Below, piece by piece: positions 30,588 to 41,473 of a stretch of 64,000 nucleotides of DNA. The position numbers were made by a program, and so were the translations under genes. This stretch comes from Bdellovibrionota bacterium (GTDB lineage: Bacteria > Bdellovibrionota_C > UBA2361 > CALJRW01). The stretch lies in assembly GCA_041740355.1 (NCBI GenBank), contig JBGSMD010000039.1, positions 1 through 64,000 on the forward strand, read 5' to 3'. Below the pieces are notes generated by a model. The model worked only from the letters and a program-made list of their open reading frames with translations, was not told the DNA's origin and made no database searches. Numbering within the stretch: the stretch's first letter is position 1; the number at the start of each line of letters is the position of its first letter.

Positions 30588-31631
30588 TTAATAATCAAGT
30601 TTCAGTCCTGGGTTATCCTCAATATCTAGTCGCCGCTTATCATAGACATCAACCATCTGAGTTGACGAATGCCTAGAAAACTTTTGGACAAACTTGTGAT
30701 CAAAGCCATCAGTTAAAAGTTTGGTAATCGCGGTAGCTCTTGCTGAGTGTGGCGTTGCATAATGGCTAGCACCTACCATTCGGCAATAACTTTTAAAAAG
30801 CTTGTGCATTCCGCTTTCAGAAAGTGCCTGCTCAGTTGAAATTGTACCGCCACGCCCCCGAAATCCCGTGAATAAAAAATCACCGGAAGCAGCTCCAAGT
30901 TCTTCTCTTGATTTAACCAAAGGCTCTAAATGTTCGACAGCCCAAGTTGGCAAAGGTTGATCGGCATCTTTGTTGCTTTTAGTCGCCCGTAACCGCAAGT
31001 AAACTATTCCCCCCTGAGATTTTCGAACATCACCTAAGCGTAAACTTAGAACTTCATTCTTTCGGAGCCCTGCGGAGAACATAATTGCCAGCAACGCTCG
31101 ATCCCGAATCCCCTTTGGCGTTTCAGGATCTGGCGCATTTACAATCTCTTTTACCAAATTAAAATCTATCATTTCTGTTGGTCTTTTCTGTCCAGATCGT
31201 GCTTTGGGCGCTTGGACTTTATCAGGATCAAACGGATTAGTTTTAATTCCCAAATCAGCACTAACTAACATGCGATACATTCTTCTTAGTGCAGCAACTT
31301 TCTTAGCGATTGTAGAATTAGCGAGGTTACTCTCCAGTCCACTTTTCTTGGTTTTCTTACTGGATGTATCAGACGAGTTTTTTTTGATTAGCCGAGGTTC
31401 ATGTCCGGCCTGTTTTCCCTGCCAATTGATGTAGCTGATTGCTTCTAAATCCGTCACTTCAAGTAATGCTGTTGCTCCTGACTCCGTATTTTTCTCTGCC
31501 TTTACAAAGTCACACCACTCATTAATAATCCCTGAATAAGTTTTCTGTGTATTAGGACTTTTAAGTGATAAAAAAGCTTCAATTCGAATCCAGACTTGGT
31601 TGGTTTTGATAGGAGTTTGCATAGGTAACAT
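30588..31631 (-). CDS. Xer-family tyrosine recombinase
   Basis: RDRALL..GLR (R), TK (K), PHSAR (HxxR), RHSS (H), VYD (Y); N-terminal SPNT..TY core-binding domain. Confidence 0.92.
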   Translation of the reverse strand: MLPMQTPIKTNQVWIRIEAFLSLKSPNTQKTYSGIINEWCDFVKAEKNTESGATALLEVTDLEAISYINWQGKQAGHEPRLIKKNSSDTSSKKTKKSGLESNLANSTIAKKVAALRRMYRMLVSADLGIKTNPFDPDKVQAPKARSGQKRPTEMIDFNLVKEIVNAPDPETPKGIRDRALLAIMFSAGLRKNEVLSLRLGDVRKSQGGIVYLRLRATKSNKDADQPLPTWAVEHLEPLVKSREELGAASGDFLFTGFRGRGGTISTEQALSESGMHKLFKSYCRMVGASHYATPHSARATAITKLLTDGFDHKFVQKFSRHSSTQMVDVYDKRRLDIEDNPGLKLDY

Positions 31632-31717
31632 TTCATCAAGTAACCCGTCCTAATTTTATTGAATATGGCATAATAGCAATGCTCAAAACTTACTTTTCAA
31701 TAAAATTTAGGACGTGG

Positions 31718-31774
31718 TTAGATTTAATAGTTAGTTGTTAAACTAACTATTAAATCTAATTCTATGTACTTTTA
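31718..31774. repeat. Perfect 19-bp inverted repeat abutting an inverted copy of the dif-like left arm
   Basis: TTAGATTTAATAGTTAGTT-GTTA-AACTAACTATTAAATCTAA; reverse complement of 31757-31774 matches 28310-28327 at 17/18. Confidence 0.85.
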
Positions 31775-31789
31775 ACATTTCAGCAAGAT

Positions 31790-32581
31790 ATGAATTTTAA
31801 CATCACAAACTATCAAGGAATTATCTTCGACTTAGATGGTGTGATCTATAGTGGTAATAGCCTAATTCCTGGTGCCAAAGAGCTTACTTCCTATTTACAA
31901 CGTGAGAGAATACCTTTTATCTTTCTAACTAATAATTCCTCCAAGTCCGTTGAGCAAATTTCAGAAAAACTGACTGCGCTTGGATTAAATAACATCAATA
32001 CTAATCAAGTACTAAGCAGTGCTGTCGCAGTTGGTCTTTGGCTTACTAAAAATATTTCTATTGACCAAAAGATATTTATCTATGGGATGAATGGTCTACG
32101 CGAACAAGTACTCAGCCTTGGCTATCAGCTTACTGAAGATCAAGATGCCGATCTTATCCTTGCTGGACTCAACATGGATATTACTTATGAAAAGTTAGCT
32201 CGAGCTAGTTTAGCAATCCAAAATGGTGCTCGTTTGGTAGCCTCAAATGCCGATCTTACCTATCCTACAGAAAGAGGACTGCTCCCCGGAGCAGGAAGTA
32301 CACTTAAAGCTTTGACTTCTGCTTCAGGAAAAGAACCAGAAGTTGTTCTAGGAAAACCAAGTAAAGAATTTTTTGCCTTAGCAGAAGATTTGCTACAGGT
32401 GACGCCTAGTAAAATTTTAATGATTGGGGATCGACTGGATACAGATATTTTGGGTGCCAAGCAAGCTGGTATGAATACCCTATTAGTATTAACTGGAGTG
32501 ACCAAAAAATCAGAATTAGCTAGTTCTGAAATTAGACCAGATTATATTCTTGAATCATTACTAAATATTGAGATCAAGTAA
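31790..32581 (+). CDS. HAD-IIA hydrolase (NagD family)
   Basis: FDLDG, LTNN, GKP, IGDRLDTDI, VLTG. Confidence 0.92.
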   Translation: MNFNITNYQGIIFDLDGVIYSGNSLIPGAKELTSYLQRERIPFIFLTNNSSKSVEQISEKLTALGLNNINTNQVLSSAVAVGLWLTKNISIDQKIFIYGMNGLREQVLSLGYQLTEDQDADLILAGLNMDITYEKLARASLAIQNGARLVASNADLTYPTERGLLPGAGSTLKALTSASGKEPEVVLGKPSKEFFALAEDLLQVTPSKILMIGDRLDTDILGAKQAGMNTLLVLTGVTKKSELASSEIRPDYILESLLNIEIK

Positions 32582-32592
32582 TTAATTCATGA

Positions 32593-33912
32593 CTAAAGTG
32601 AATTTAGGAAAAGTAATAAATCATCCCTTTCAGCTTTACTCAGATTTTTAAATAGTTGCTTAGAAAGCTCCGCTTCACCACCATGCCAAAGAATTGCTTC
32701 TTCAATTGATCGGGCACGTCCGTCATGAAGAAATACTGGATTTTTCAAAGAAGGAGAAATTTCTTGAAAATATCCTAAACCCCAAAGCGGACTAGTTCTC
32801 CACTCACTACCTAGAGCATCAAATTCAGCATGCTGATCGGCAAGCTCTGGTCCCATATCATGAAGTAACATGTCAGTGAATGGATGGATTACTTGATTTT
32901 GTAATTCGGGATCAACATGAGTGCCTGTAGTTACGGTCATAGTGTGACAACTGTCACAACCAACTGCTTTAAAATTTTCTTTTCCAAAAAGAACTCTAGT
33001 ATCACTTTGGTTTCTAGCGCGTGGTACACCACCTATTCTTTGATAGATTGCTAGGCGGAATAAGGCATCATCAGAAACTTCGATCTTTCCATCTCCCGGA
33101 AAGAGCGAATTTTGAACGCGCATATCACTAAAAAACGCTGCGGCAGATTGTTGCTCCACAGTTGTATGGGTAGCTTTAAAACCAAATTTACCAATCCCCT
33201 TAATTCCTTTTCGAACATCAGGAACATAATTAACTTTGCCTGAAATCCCATCCTGATTAAGATCAAAAGGATCGCTCATTGCTAGAATCGTATCATCTGA
33301 TATTGCCTCCATTAATCCCATTCCAATAACTGGTGGAGTCATCCGAAGTGAATGAACAATTCTGCGAGGAATCATTCCATTGATGAAAAATTTTAATCTA
33401 GGTTTTCTAAGTTGATAGCTTGTACCATCTGGATAGCTACCCTCAAGATACTTCCATCTTAATCTTATATTATGTATATTTGTTTTATTACCTAAGGAAT
33501 GATTTCTTAACTGTTCCCCCACCCCTGGAATATTCCTAGTGGATCCATCAGCATTAAGTTTTGGTCGGCTAACCTTAATTACCATTGTTGTTCGCCTATC
33601 CGGAGCAAACGAGCCAATTGGTCCTCTGCCATTATTTAGGTGGCACCCATTACAGGAAGAATTAATAAAAGTAGGTCCTAAGCCTAATTTTTTGTTAAAA
33701 TTGCCATGAAAAACTCCAAATCCACTTCCTTGTAATGTTCTTCTCTCTATAGTTTGTATATTTGGAGCACCAACTTGAATGGAGTTTTTACCAATTAAAT
33801 CTGATGTTAAATCACCTCCAATTGAAGTTAGATCTTGAGCTGTAGCCCTAAAAGAACAAAGTAATATACAGAAAAAAACGGTTCGTAGAACTAATTCTCT
33901 TTTATTATTCAA
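32593..33912 (-). CDS. Di-heme oxidoreductase (DHOR) family protein
   Basis: CNGCH and CDSCH heme motifs, GLGP, LHDGRAR, AILWHGGE. Confidence 0.88.
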   Translation of the reverse strand: MNNKRELVLRTVFFCILLCSFRATAQDLTSIGGDLTSDLIGKNSIQVGAPNIQTIERRTLQGSGFGVFHGNFNKKLGLGPTFINSSCNGCHLNNGRGPIGSFAPDRRTTMVIKVSRPKLNADGSTRNIPGVGEQLRNHSLGNKTNIHNIRLRWKYLEGSYPDGTSYQLRKPRLKFFINGMIPRRIVHSLRMTPPVIGMGLMEAISDDTILAMSDPFDLNQDGISGKVNYVPDVRKGIKGIGKFGFKATHTTVEQQSAAAFFSDMRVQNSLFPGDGKIEVSDDALFRLAIYQRIGGVPRARNQSDTRVLFGKENFKAVGCDSCHTMTVTTGTHVDPELQNQVIHPFTDMLLHDMGPELADQHAEFDALGSEWRTSPLWGLGYFQEISPSLKNPVFLHDGRARSIEEAILWHGGEAELSKQLFKNLSKAERDDLLLFLNSL

Positions 33913-33949
33913 TATTTAGCGAAATTAAAAAAACTGTCTAATGACATAA

Positions 33950-34145
33950 TATAGTAATGACAAGAAATAATTTACGTTAGTAAATTTAACAGAGTCATTA
34001 CGGCTAATGCAAATCTTGGAATCTTGTCACGCCAAAGCTTTAGCGTCGGCGATTATCCAAGTTTGCATAGCTAAAAACAACATAAATAGTGAGTCCAAGC
34101 AAAATCGTTAGTCTTTTAAAATAATTTATTTTTGGACTCACTATA
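33950..34145. mobile_element. MITE-like element family A1 (192 bp plus TA flanks)
   Basis: TA-TAGTAATGACAAG...TTGGACTCACTA-TA; aligns with 1115-1343. Confidence 0.85.
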
Positions 34146-34529
34146 TAAACCCAAAAATGCAATTTGCATTTTTCTAAGCAGTTTATCTAAAAACATAGTC
34201 AATTCTATTTTAACATATCAAACTTATTACTAAAATAGATTAAAGCCCATTTAATTGGCTTTAAAGGGATTGTTATTAGTTTTTGTATGTCTTACCTACT
34301 TATCTGACGTAAAGTATCGTCTGATTCTTCTAGATATCTTAGATTTATCAAATATTATGCCCAAACCTTTCTACAACGAAATTAAATATTAATTAAAGTG
34401 GCAAAATCTTGAATCGGCCAAATAGCTCTTAAACTCTCACAGGAGCGTCTTTCAGAAGCATAACTTTTTATAAGGCAAAGTTATGAATCATCATGACAAT
34501 ATGCCTAAAGGTTTTGCTACATTCGGCCG

Positions 34530-36191
34530 ATGATACTATCTATGGCAAGGACGCTAGTAGGTTTTATTCTTATAATCTTCATCTTTTCAGGATCAGCTCT
34601 AGCTGAAACCCTAGCTGGTTGGTCACACCTTAGTCCAGTTAATAATTCTACTGAAAAATCCGGAGTACTACTAAATGGTAATGCTGTAAATTATAGTTCC
34701 CCTAGAAGTGCAAACTTAGATGGCGATCCAACAAATGGACTAGAAACAGTTGTTGCCACTTCCGATGCTGTTGTTAATGCTGTAAGTGCCGATGGTAAAT
34801 TACTATGGTCTACACAACTACCAAATCATACCTGCACTGAAGCAAGTGCTGAAAATAAGCTTTTTTCTTCGGCAGCTGTCGGTAATATTTATGGTGATGG
34901 AAATATCCATGTTGTAGTTGGATATGGTGGTATAGGTGGCATCCCTTGTGGTGGCGGAGTACTGGCTCTTGATGGAAGAACTGGTCAACAGCTTTGGCAT
35001 TTTGATTTAAAAAAATTTGCCAAAGAACGTAATTTTGGAGCACCAATTGGTCATACAGTTTTTTCTTCACCTGTACTTAAAGATATTAATCGTGATGGAA
35101 AAATGGAAATTGCCTTTGGTAGTTATGATCGAAATATCTATGTTCTAAATACATATGGCGAGGCGGTTTGGTATTATCAAGCAGCCGATACAGTCTGGTC
35201 CTCAGGCTCATTTGCCGACATCGATGGGGATGGTCGTGATGAGCTAATTATTGGAACTGATATTTCTGAGAATAAATTCTTAACACCGGCAACTGAAAAT
35301 GGTGGTTATGTCTACGCCTTCAAAGTCAGAATAAAAAAGGAAAAGGCTCGCAAACGACAAGGATCAAGAAGACTTTTTAGTAAAAATTTAAAATTTTTCA
35401 ATTTTCAGAATCCAAAAGCATATTTTTGGAGAACTCATTTTCCACAAACTATTCACTCCACACCAAGTATTGGAGAACTAATTCCAGAAAATCCAGGCTT
35501 AGAAATTGCTGTTGGTACAGGCTGTTATTTCCCAGAAAACAATGACATCAAAGAAGGTCGTTGGATTAAAATTATCAGCTTGAAGACAGGTGCCGTTTTA
35601 AGAACATTAGATACTCCGGCATGCATGACTTCTTCCCCAGCAATTGCTGATATTGATGAAGATGGATTAAATGATGTTGTCGCTTATGCCAGTGGAAGTA
35701 AATCAATAGGTGCAGATGGTAAAAGTAAAGTCATGGCTTGGAATCCGAGAACGTCAACTCTATTATGGGAGACAAATCCCTTAGCTCAATCATTTAATGA
35801 TATTTGGGGGGGGCATTTCTCTTCACCAATAATCGCAGATTTGGATGGCACTGGATCATTGGAAGTTGTTGTTGGTAACATTAATGACTTAGTCATATTA
35901 GCAGGTAAAACAGGCGAACATTTAACTTGCAAAGCTGCAAATTGTGGAGATACAAGTAGATTATCAACTGGTGGTTTGATTCGAGGAACTCCGGAAGCAA
36001 TTGATTTGAATGCTGATGGAAAATTGGATTTAGTAATAGCTAGTCGTCGCAAATATTCATCCGCGATTTATGGTGCTCTGTTTGCCTGGACAAACCTAGA
36101 AGAAATAATAGATAGTGCTGACGGAATTCATCCTCCGTACTCTACACCATGGTCAATGTATAAAAATACGGTTCAAGGCAATGGTATCTAA
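34530..36191 (+). CDS. Secreted FG-GAP/VCBS repeat beta-propeller protein
   Basis: Signal peptide; repeated SSP..ADxDGDG motifs. Confidence 0.8.
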   Translation: MILSMARTLVGFILIIFIFSGSALAETLAGWSHLSPVNNSTEKSGVLLNGNAVNYSSPRSANLDGDPTNGLETVVATSDAVVNAVSADGKLLWSTQLPNHTCTEASAENKLFSSAAVGNIYGDGNIHVVVGYGGIGGIPCGGGVLALDGRTGQQLWHFDLKKFAKERNFGAPIGHTVFSSPVLKDINRDGKMEIAFGSYDRNIYVLNTYGEAVWYYQAADTVWSSGSFADIDGDGRDELIIGTDISENKFLTPATENGGYVYAFKVRIKKEKARKRQGSRRLFSKNLKFFNFQNPKAYFWRTHFPQTIHSTPSIGELIPENPGLEIAVGTGCYFPENNDIKEGRWIKIISLKTGAVLRTLDTPACMTSSPAIADIDEDGLNDVVAYASGSKSIGADGKSKVMAWNPRTSTLLWETNPLAQSFNDIWGGHFSSPIIADLDGTGSLEVVVGNINDLVILAGKTGEHLTCKAANCGDTSRLSTGGLIRGTPEAIDLNADGKLDLVIASRRKYSSAIYGALFAWTNLEEIIDSADGIHPPYSTPWSMYKNTVQGNGI

Positions 36192-36281
36192 TTCTCCCCT
36201 TTTAGACCAACCCCCATTACTACAGTTATAGTCACAGAAACAGGGTCTCAAGAGAGGAGAACCAAATTATGAAAAGTTCGT

Positions 36282-37718
36282 TTATTCTTTGATGAATAAG
36301 AATAAATTCCCACCCTTCCGTTTGATTGTTAAGCGAATCCCCTTTTTAAGATCTAATTTTTCAATTGAAGAATAAAAATTATTAGCAGATTTAATTTCGT
36401 CGTTATTAATCTTAAGAAGAACATCTCCTTTACTTAATCCATTAAATTGAGCCAAACTTCCAGGCTGAACTTGCGTGATAACAACTCCGTTATCCTCTTC
36501 TAAACCCATACGAGCTTTAAGTTGAGGATCAATATCACTCACTTGAACTCCCAGATTATTCTCATTAATCTTTTCGGAGACACTAGGCATAGGACTTTCA
36601 TTTCCCAGCAGACCTACTTTCATTGATAATTCCTTGAATTTACCTTCGCGGAAAACTTTTAATGCCACAGATTTCTCCGGACTTGTCTGTCCAACTAAGT
36701 TTCTAAGTTGACTTGGGTCTTTAATTTTATGACCATCAAATTCAACTATAATGTCACCGGCATGAACTCCACCAATTTCTGCTGGGCCACCAATATTTAC
36801 TTCAGAAACTAATGCACCATCAGTTTCTTCAAAGGCAAAAGAGGCCGCCATATCTTCATCCAGTTTCTGGATCATCACACCTAAGAATCCACGAACTACT
36901 TTTCCATCTTTAATTAAGCTATCCATGATAGAACGAACCATGTTTACTGGAATTGCAAACCCAACTCCCATATATCCACCACTCTTAGAAAATATTGCCG
37001 TGTTAATTCCAATGACATCTCCGTTTAAGCTAACCAGAGGACCACCGCTATTCCCTGGATTAATTGCAGCATCAGTTTGGATAAAGTCTTCATAATCAGC
37101 AATCCCCACGTTAGAACGTCCAGTAGCACTAATAATTCCAGCAGTAATAGTTTGTGTTAAGTTAAATGGAGCACCAGCAGCAACTACCCACTGTCCAACT
37201 TTTAAGTCATCAGAGTTACCCAATTTGGCAAATTTCAAATCTTTTTGATCGATTTTAATTACTGCAATATCACTTTTAGGATCGGCTCCTACTAATTTAG
37301 CATCGTATTTTTTTTCATTATACATTACAACTTCAATCTCATCTGCTCCTTCAATCACGTGGTTGTTAGTCAAGATGTAACCATCATCGGAAACAACTAC
37401 ACCACTTCCCATTCCTCGACTAGGTGCGCCACTATCAGGCATTTGCTCAAAAAATCTTTCTAAAAACTCTTCATTAAAAAAATTATCAAGCGGTGCTTGG
37501 CCAGGAGCTTGAGGCGACTTCTTCATATTATTAGCTATTTTTTTAGCTTTCTTAATTGAGCTAATAGAAACAACGCTCGGTTTAATTACATTACTTACTC
37601 GTTCAAATGCGGAAGAAAGATTGTCAATTAACTTTAGCTCTTCGGCAACTTCAGACTCTTCGGCAAATAATGGAAAAGAAAAGCAAAGTAAAAATAGGAA
37701 AATAAATTTAATTTTCAT
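36282..37718 (-). CDS. Periplasmic serine protease DegP/DegQ (HtrA)
   Basis: LTNNHV, DIAV, GNSGG, two PDZ domains. Confidence 0.94.
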   Translation of the reverse strand: MKIKFIFLFLLCFSFPLFAEESEVAEELKLIDNLSSAFERVSNVIKPSVVSISSIKKAKKIANNMKKSPQAPGQAPLDNFFNEEFLERFFEQMPDSGAPSRGMGSGVVVSDDGYILTNNHVIEGADEIEVVMYNEKKYDAKLVGADPKSDIAVIKIDQKDLKFAKLGNSDDLKVGQWVVAAGAPFNLTQTITAGIISATGRSNVGIADYEDFIQTDAAINPGNSGGPLVSLNGDVIGINTAIFSKSGGYMGVGFAIPVNMVRSIMDSLIKDGKVVRGFLGVMIQKLDEDMAASFAFEETDGALVSEVNIGGPAEIGGVHAGDIIVEFDGHKIKDPSQLRNLVGQTSPEKSVALKVFREGKFKELSMKVGLLGNESPMPSVSEKINENNLGVQVSDIDPQLKARMGLEEDNGVVITQVQPGSLAQFNGLSKGDVLLKINNDEIKSANNFYSSIEKLDLKKGIRLTIKRKGGNLFLFIKE

Positions 37719-37929
37719 AAAAACACAAATATTTAAATTTTAATAAGACTTGATAACGTAGACGACAAACTGGATTTTCTATTCAGTCAAATTTAGGACG
37801 TAACTACTATCAAAAATTTATGCGGAATTAACTAATGATCCTATTATGGCTTAAACTAATTCCAGATTGTATACAAAACAGGCACATTTTGAAGAGCCTT
37901 GATTCTATATAAACCGAGATAACAAAATA

Positions 37930-38235
37930 CTATATAACTGTTAAGTTAACAATTAGGTCTTTATTATCGGAATCCGAGATCAAGTTAAAAATTGATTTTT
38001 TACATTTTCGGCAAGAGAAAAGGAGTTTTGCTGGTTGCCCCCCAACCAACTTTACCCCAATAGCATCCATTAAACCTTGACAACTTGCCTCTCGATCCCC
38101 CGGGAAATTTAAATCAACATGTTTTGAAGTCAGGCAATTTGGGCAATGATTAGTATATCCAGATCCACTTACTTCCTGCCCACAGGATTCACAGATAAAA
38201 TTTTCTTTGCGTTTAATAAATCCTCTGCTGATCAT
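37930..38235 (-). CDS. RNHCP domain zinc-binding protein
   Basis: FICESCG, TNHCP..CL.SKHVD, PGDR...C.GLM. Confidence 0.85.
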   Translation of the reverse strand: MISRGFIKRKENFICESCGQEVSGSGYTNHCPNCLTSKHVDLNFPGDREASCQGLMDAIGVKLVGGQPAKLLFSCRKCKKSIFNLISDSDNKDLIVNLTVI

Positions 38236-38367
38236 TTTTGAAAATAATAAGTATAATTAAAGCAGGATGGGGTTATTTTATGGGGCAAAATAACTTAGCT
38301 AATATTTTATTTGCCCGCCGTCATTCATTTTATGTCAAAAGGAATAAAGCTTGGTTTAAATAACAAA

Positions 38368-39378
38368 CTACCTTTCTCGATCTCTTAAATAAACATACAA
38401 ATCAGAAACAGGAAAATCTCTACTAGCATTCTTTAGTCCATAGGCTGTTTCGGCGGAAGCGTTCGTATCAAACTGATAGTAATAAAACCGATCCACTCTG
38501 GCAATTTTGTCCTGTAGATATGGCCAAGTTTTTTCTACATAGGACAACTGTTTATTATAACCTTGCTCTCCTGATTCTGTAACCCAAATGCGCTTACTTA
38601 GTCCATTTAAAAAGTCAGCAATTCCATTATCGTCAATCACTCGTTCATACTGTTCTCCATAGTAATGGATGGCAAAAACATCTAAATAATCCTCAGCGCC
38701 AATTTCAATTAAACGCTTATTATAATTAAGAGTTGTCCGATAATCCTGATTAATAGCTGTAGTTGCAGCATTGACAACAAGCTTGGATGGAGCAATGTCT
38801 TTGGTGATGCTGAAGGCACGAGCTAGCATTTCTAAATAATTTTCAGGAATTGTTGCTATTTCAAGTACTGCATTTTCTGAATTAGCAACCATATTAGGCT
38901 CATTCCAAACTTGGTAGGCCGTAACTCTAGGATTATCTTTGTATCGATTGACGACTTTTTTATACCAAAGATCAATAAAGGTACTACGAATATTCCCATC
39001 GGAGCTCCAGTTGGCACTAGAATTCATCCATGAGGGTAGACCATTTACAACAAGTAAAGCCTCCGCGCCAACAGGCAAGCAATTAATTAGCTCATCATAG
39101 AAGGAAAAATTTGGATTAGAATTACGACTCGGCTGAACCGAATCATTCCAGTTGATTAAAACTCGATAATATCTCAGGTCAAGACTATTCTTAATTTCTG
39201 CATACTGCTGACAAGCGGTACCAAATTCACTGTTATTTCCAAAAGCATTGATTCCCATTTTAGAGACATCAATCTTCTTGCGATCAACACCATCAATAAC
39301 TTCTACTAAATCCTTAACCTCAGAAGAATCACATGCTAAAAAAAAGAATAAGAATATTAATAAGAGTTTATTTTTCAT
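38368..39378 (-). CDS. Clan GH-A glycoside hydrolase lipoprotein
   Basis: Lipobox LAC, WNEP acid/base, H.Y, WVTESG nucleophile. Confidence 0.75.
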   Translation of the reverse strand: MKNKLLLIFLFFFLACDSSEVKDLVEVIDGVDRKKIDVSKMGINAFGNNSEFGTACQQYAEIKNSLDLRYYRVLINWNDSVQPSRNSNPNFSFYDELINCLPVGAEALLVVNGLPSWMNSSANWSSDGNIRSTFIDLWYKKVVNRYKDNPRVTAYQVWNEPNMVANSENAVLEIATIPENYLEMLARAFSITKDIAPSKLVVNAATTAINQDYRTTLNYNKRLIEIGAEDYLDVFAIHYYGEQYERVIDDNGIADFLNGLSKRIWVTESGEQGYNKQLSYVEKTWPYLQDKIARVDRFYYYQFDTNASAETAYGLKNASRDFPVSDLYVYLRDRER

Positions 39379-39422
39379 AGGCTACTAATCTATATAATTT
39401 ATAATGTTCGGACAAGGTCTTA

Positions 39423-40334
39423 CTATACCAAGATGGATTGGAGTGGCTTGGCTTGAAATTCGTTAATTATGTCATTTAAAGTCTGATCCAATGGAATGCT
39501 TGGAGACCAAGCCAAATCAGTTTTAACTTTTTGATTGTCACCCATCAAAATTGGAAGATCGTTTTTTCGATAAAGTGTTGGGTCAACCTCAATTTCTACT
39601 TTCAAGTCTAGAATATTAATTACCCTATTTAACAAATCGTTAATACTTATAACCTTGCTAGAGCAAAGATTATAAATACCAGCACCCGCAGTTAGTGCTA
39701 AACAATAAGCCTTAACAATATCGCGTACATCGGTAAAATCACGCTCGGCTGATAAGTTTCCTACTTTTAAGATCGGTTCTTGTTGCTGATTTTTTATGGC
39801 TACTAACTGGCGAACGAAGTTGGGTAAAACAAAGGAAGGATTTTGTCTGGGACCAATATGATTAAAGGAACGAAAGATGACTATCGGAACTTGGCTTTCT
39901 CGTTGGTATTTTAGAACTAACTCTTCCGCCATGAACTTTGTAATTGCGTAATTATTATCTGGTCGAACAGGAGAAGTTTCAGTTAATGGCACATCTGCTG
40001 CACCTACAATACCATAAACATTTGCGGTACTAATAAAAATAATTCGAGGAGCTTTAGCGAGAAGCTGGGCTGATTTAAGAATATTATATGTTCCTGTGAC
40101 ATTAACTGCTATAGCTTCTTCAAAGCTCTCCTCACAGGTTGGAACGTGCGCTAATGCCGCAAGATGGTAAATTGCATCCGGATTAAAATTAGTAATTAAA
40201 TGACTTACCGCGGAAAAATTCCGAATGTCACAAGTGTGGCAATCGAGAGAAAGAATCTGATGCCCAAGCGAAGTTAGTTCTTCAAAAAGATATGACCCAA
40301 CAAATCCTGTTCCACCTGTAATTAGAATTTTCAT
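39423..40334 (-). CDS. rmd: GDP-4-keto-6-deoxy-mannose reductase (Rmd-like SDR)
   Basis: GGTGFVG, YAITK, FNHIGPRQ, RDFTDVRD; adjacent to gmd. Confidence 0.75.
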   Translation of the reverse strand: MKILITGGTGFVGSYLFEELTSLGHQILSLDCHTCDIRNFSAVSHLITNFNPDAIYHLAALAHVPTCEESFEEAIAVNVTGTYNILKSAQLLAKAPRIIFISTANVYGIVGAADVPLTETSPVRPDNNYAITKFMAEELVLKYQRESQVPIVIFRSFNHIGPRQNPSFVLPNFVRQLVAIKNQQQEPILKVGNLSAERDFTDVRDIVKAYCLALTAGAGIYNLCSSKVISINDLLNRVINILDLKVEIEVDPTLYRKNDLPILMGDNQKVKTDLAWSPSIPLDQTLNDIINEFQAKPLQSILV

Positions 40335-40364
40335 ACTTAAATATCAACTCTTTCCAAGGGTGCA

Positions 40365-41336
<972 letters not shown>

Positions 41337-41473
41337 TCATCTTAATAAAATGTTGGCAAATGTTACCTCAAACTTGTAAAAAGTACAATTTAACTAATGC
41401 AATAATCAAAAGTTTTTGTTAAGTTTTAGCTATTATAAGCCTCTGGATTTAAGTTTCTCTAAATTCTAAGCAG

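Noticed and set aside
27080-31631. Prophage or integron
   Set aside because: No phage genes; no recognisable IntI-specific insertion in the recombinase and no attC sites seen
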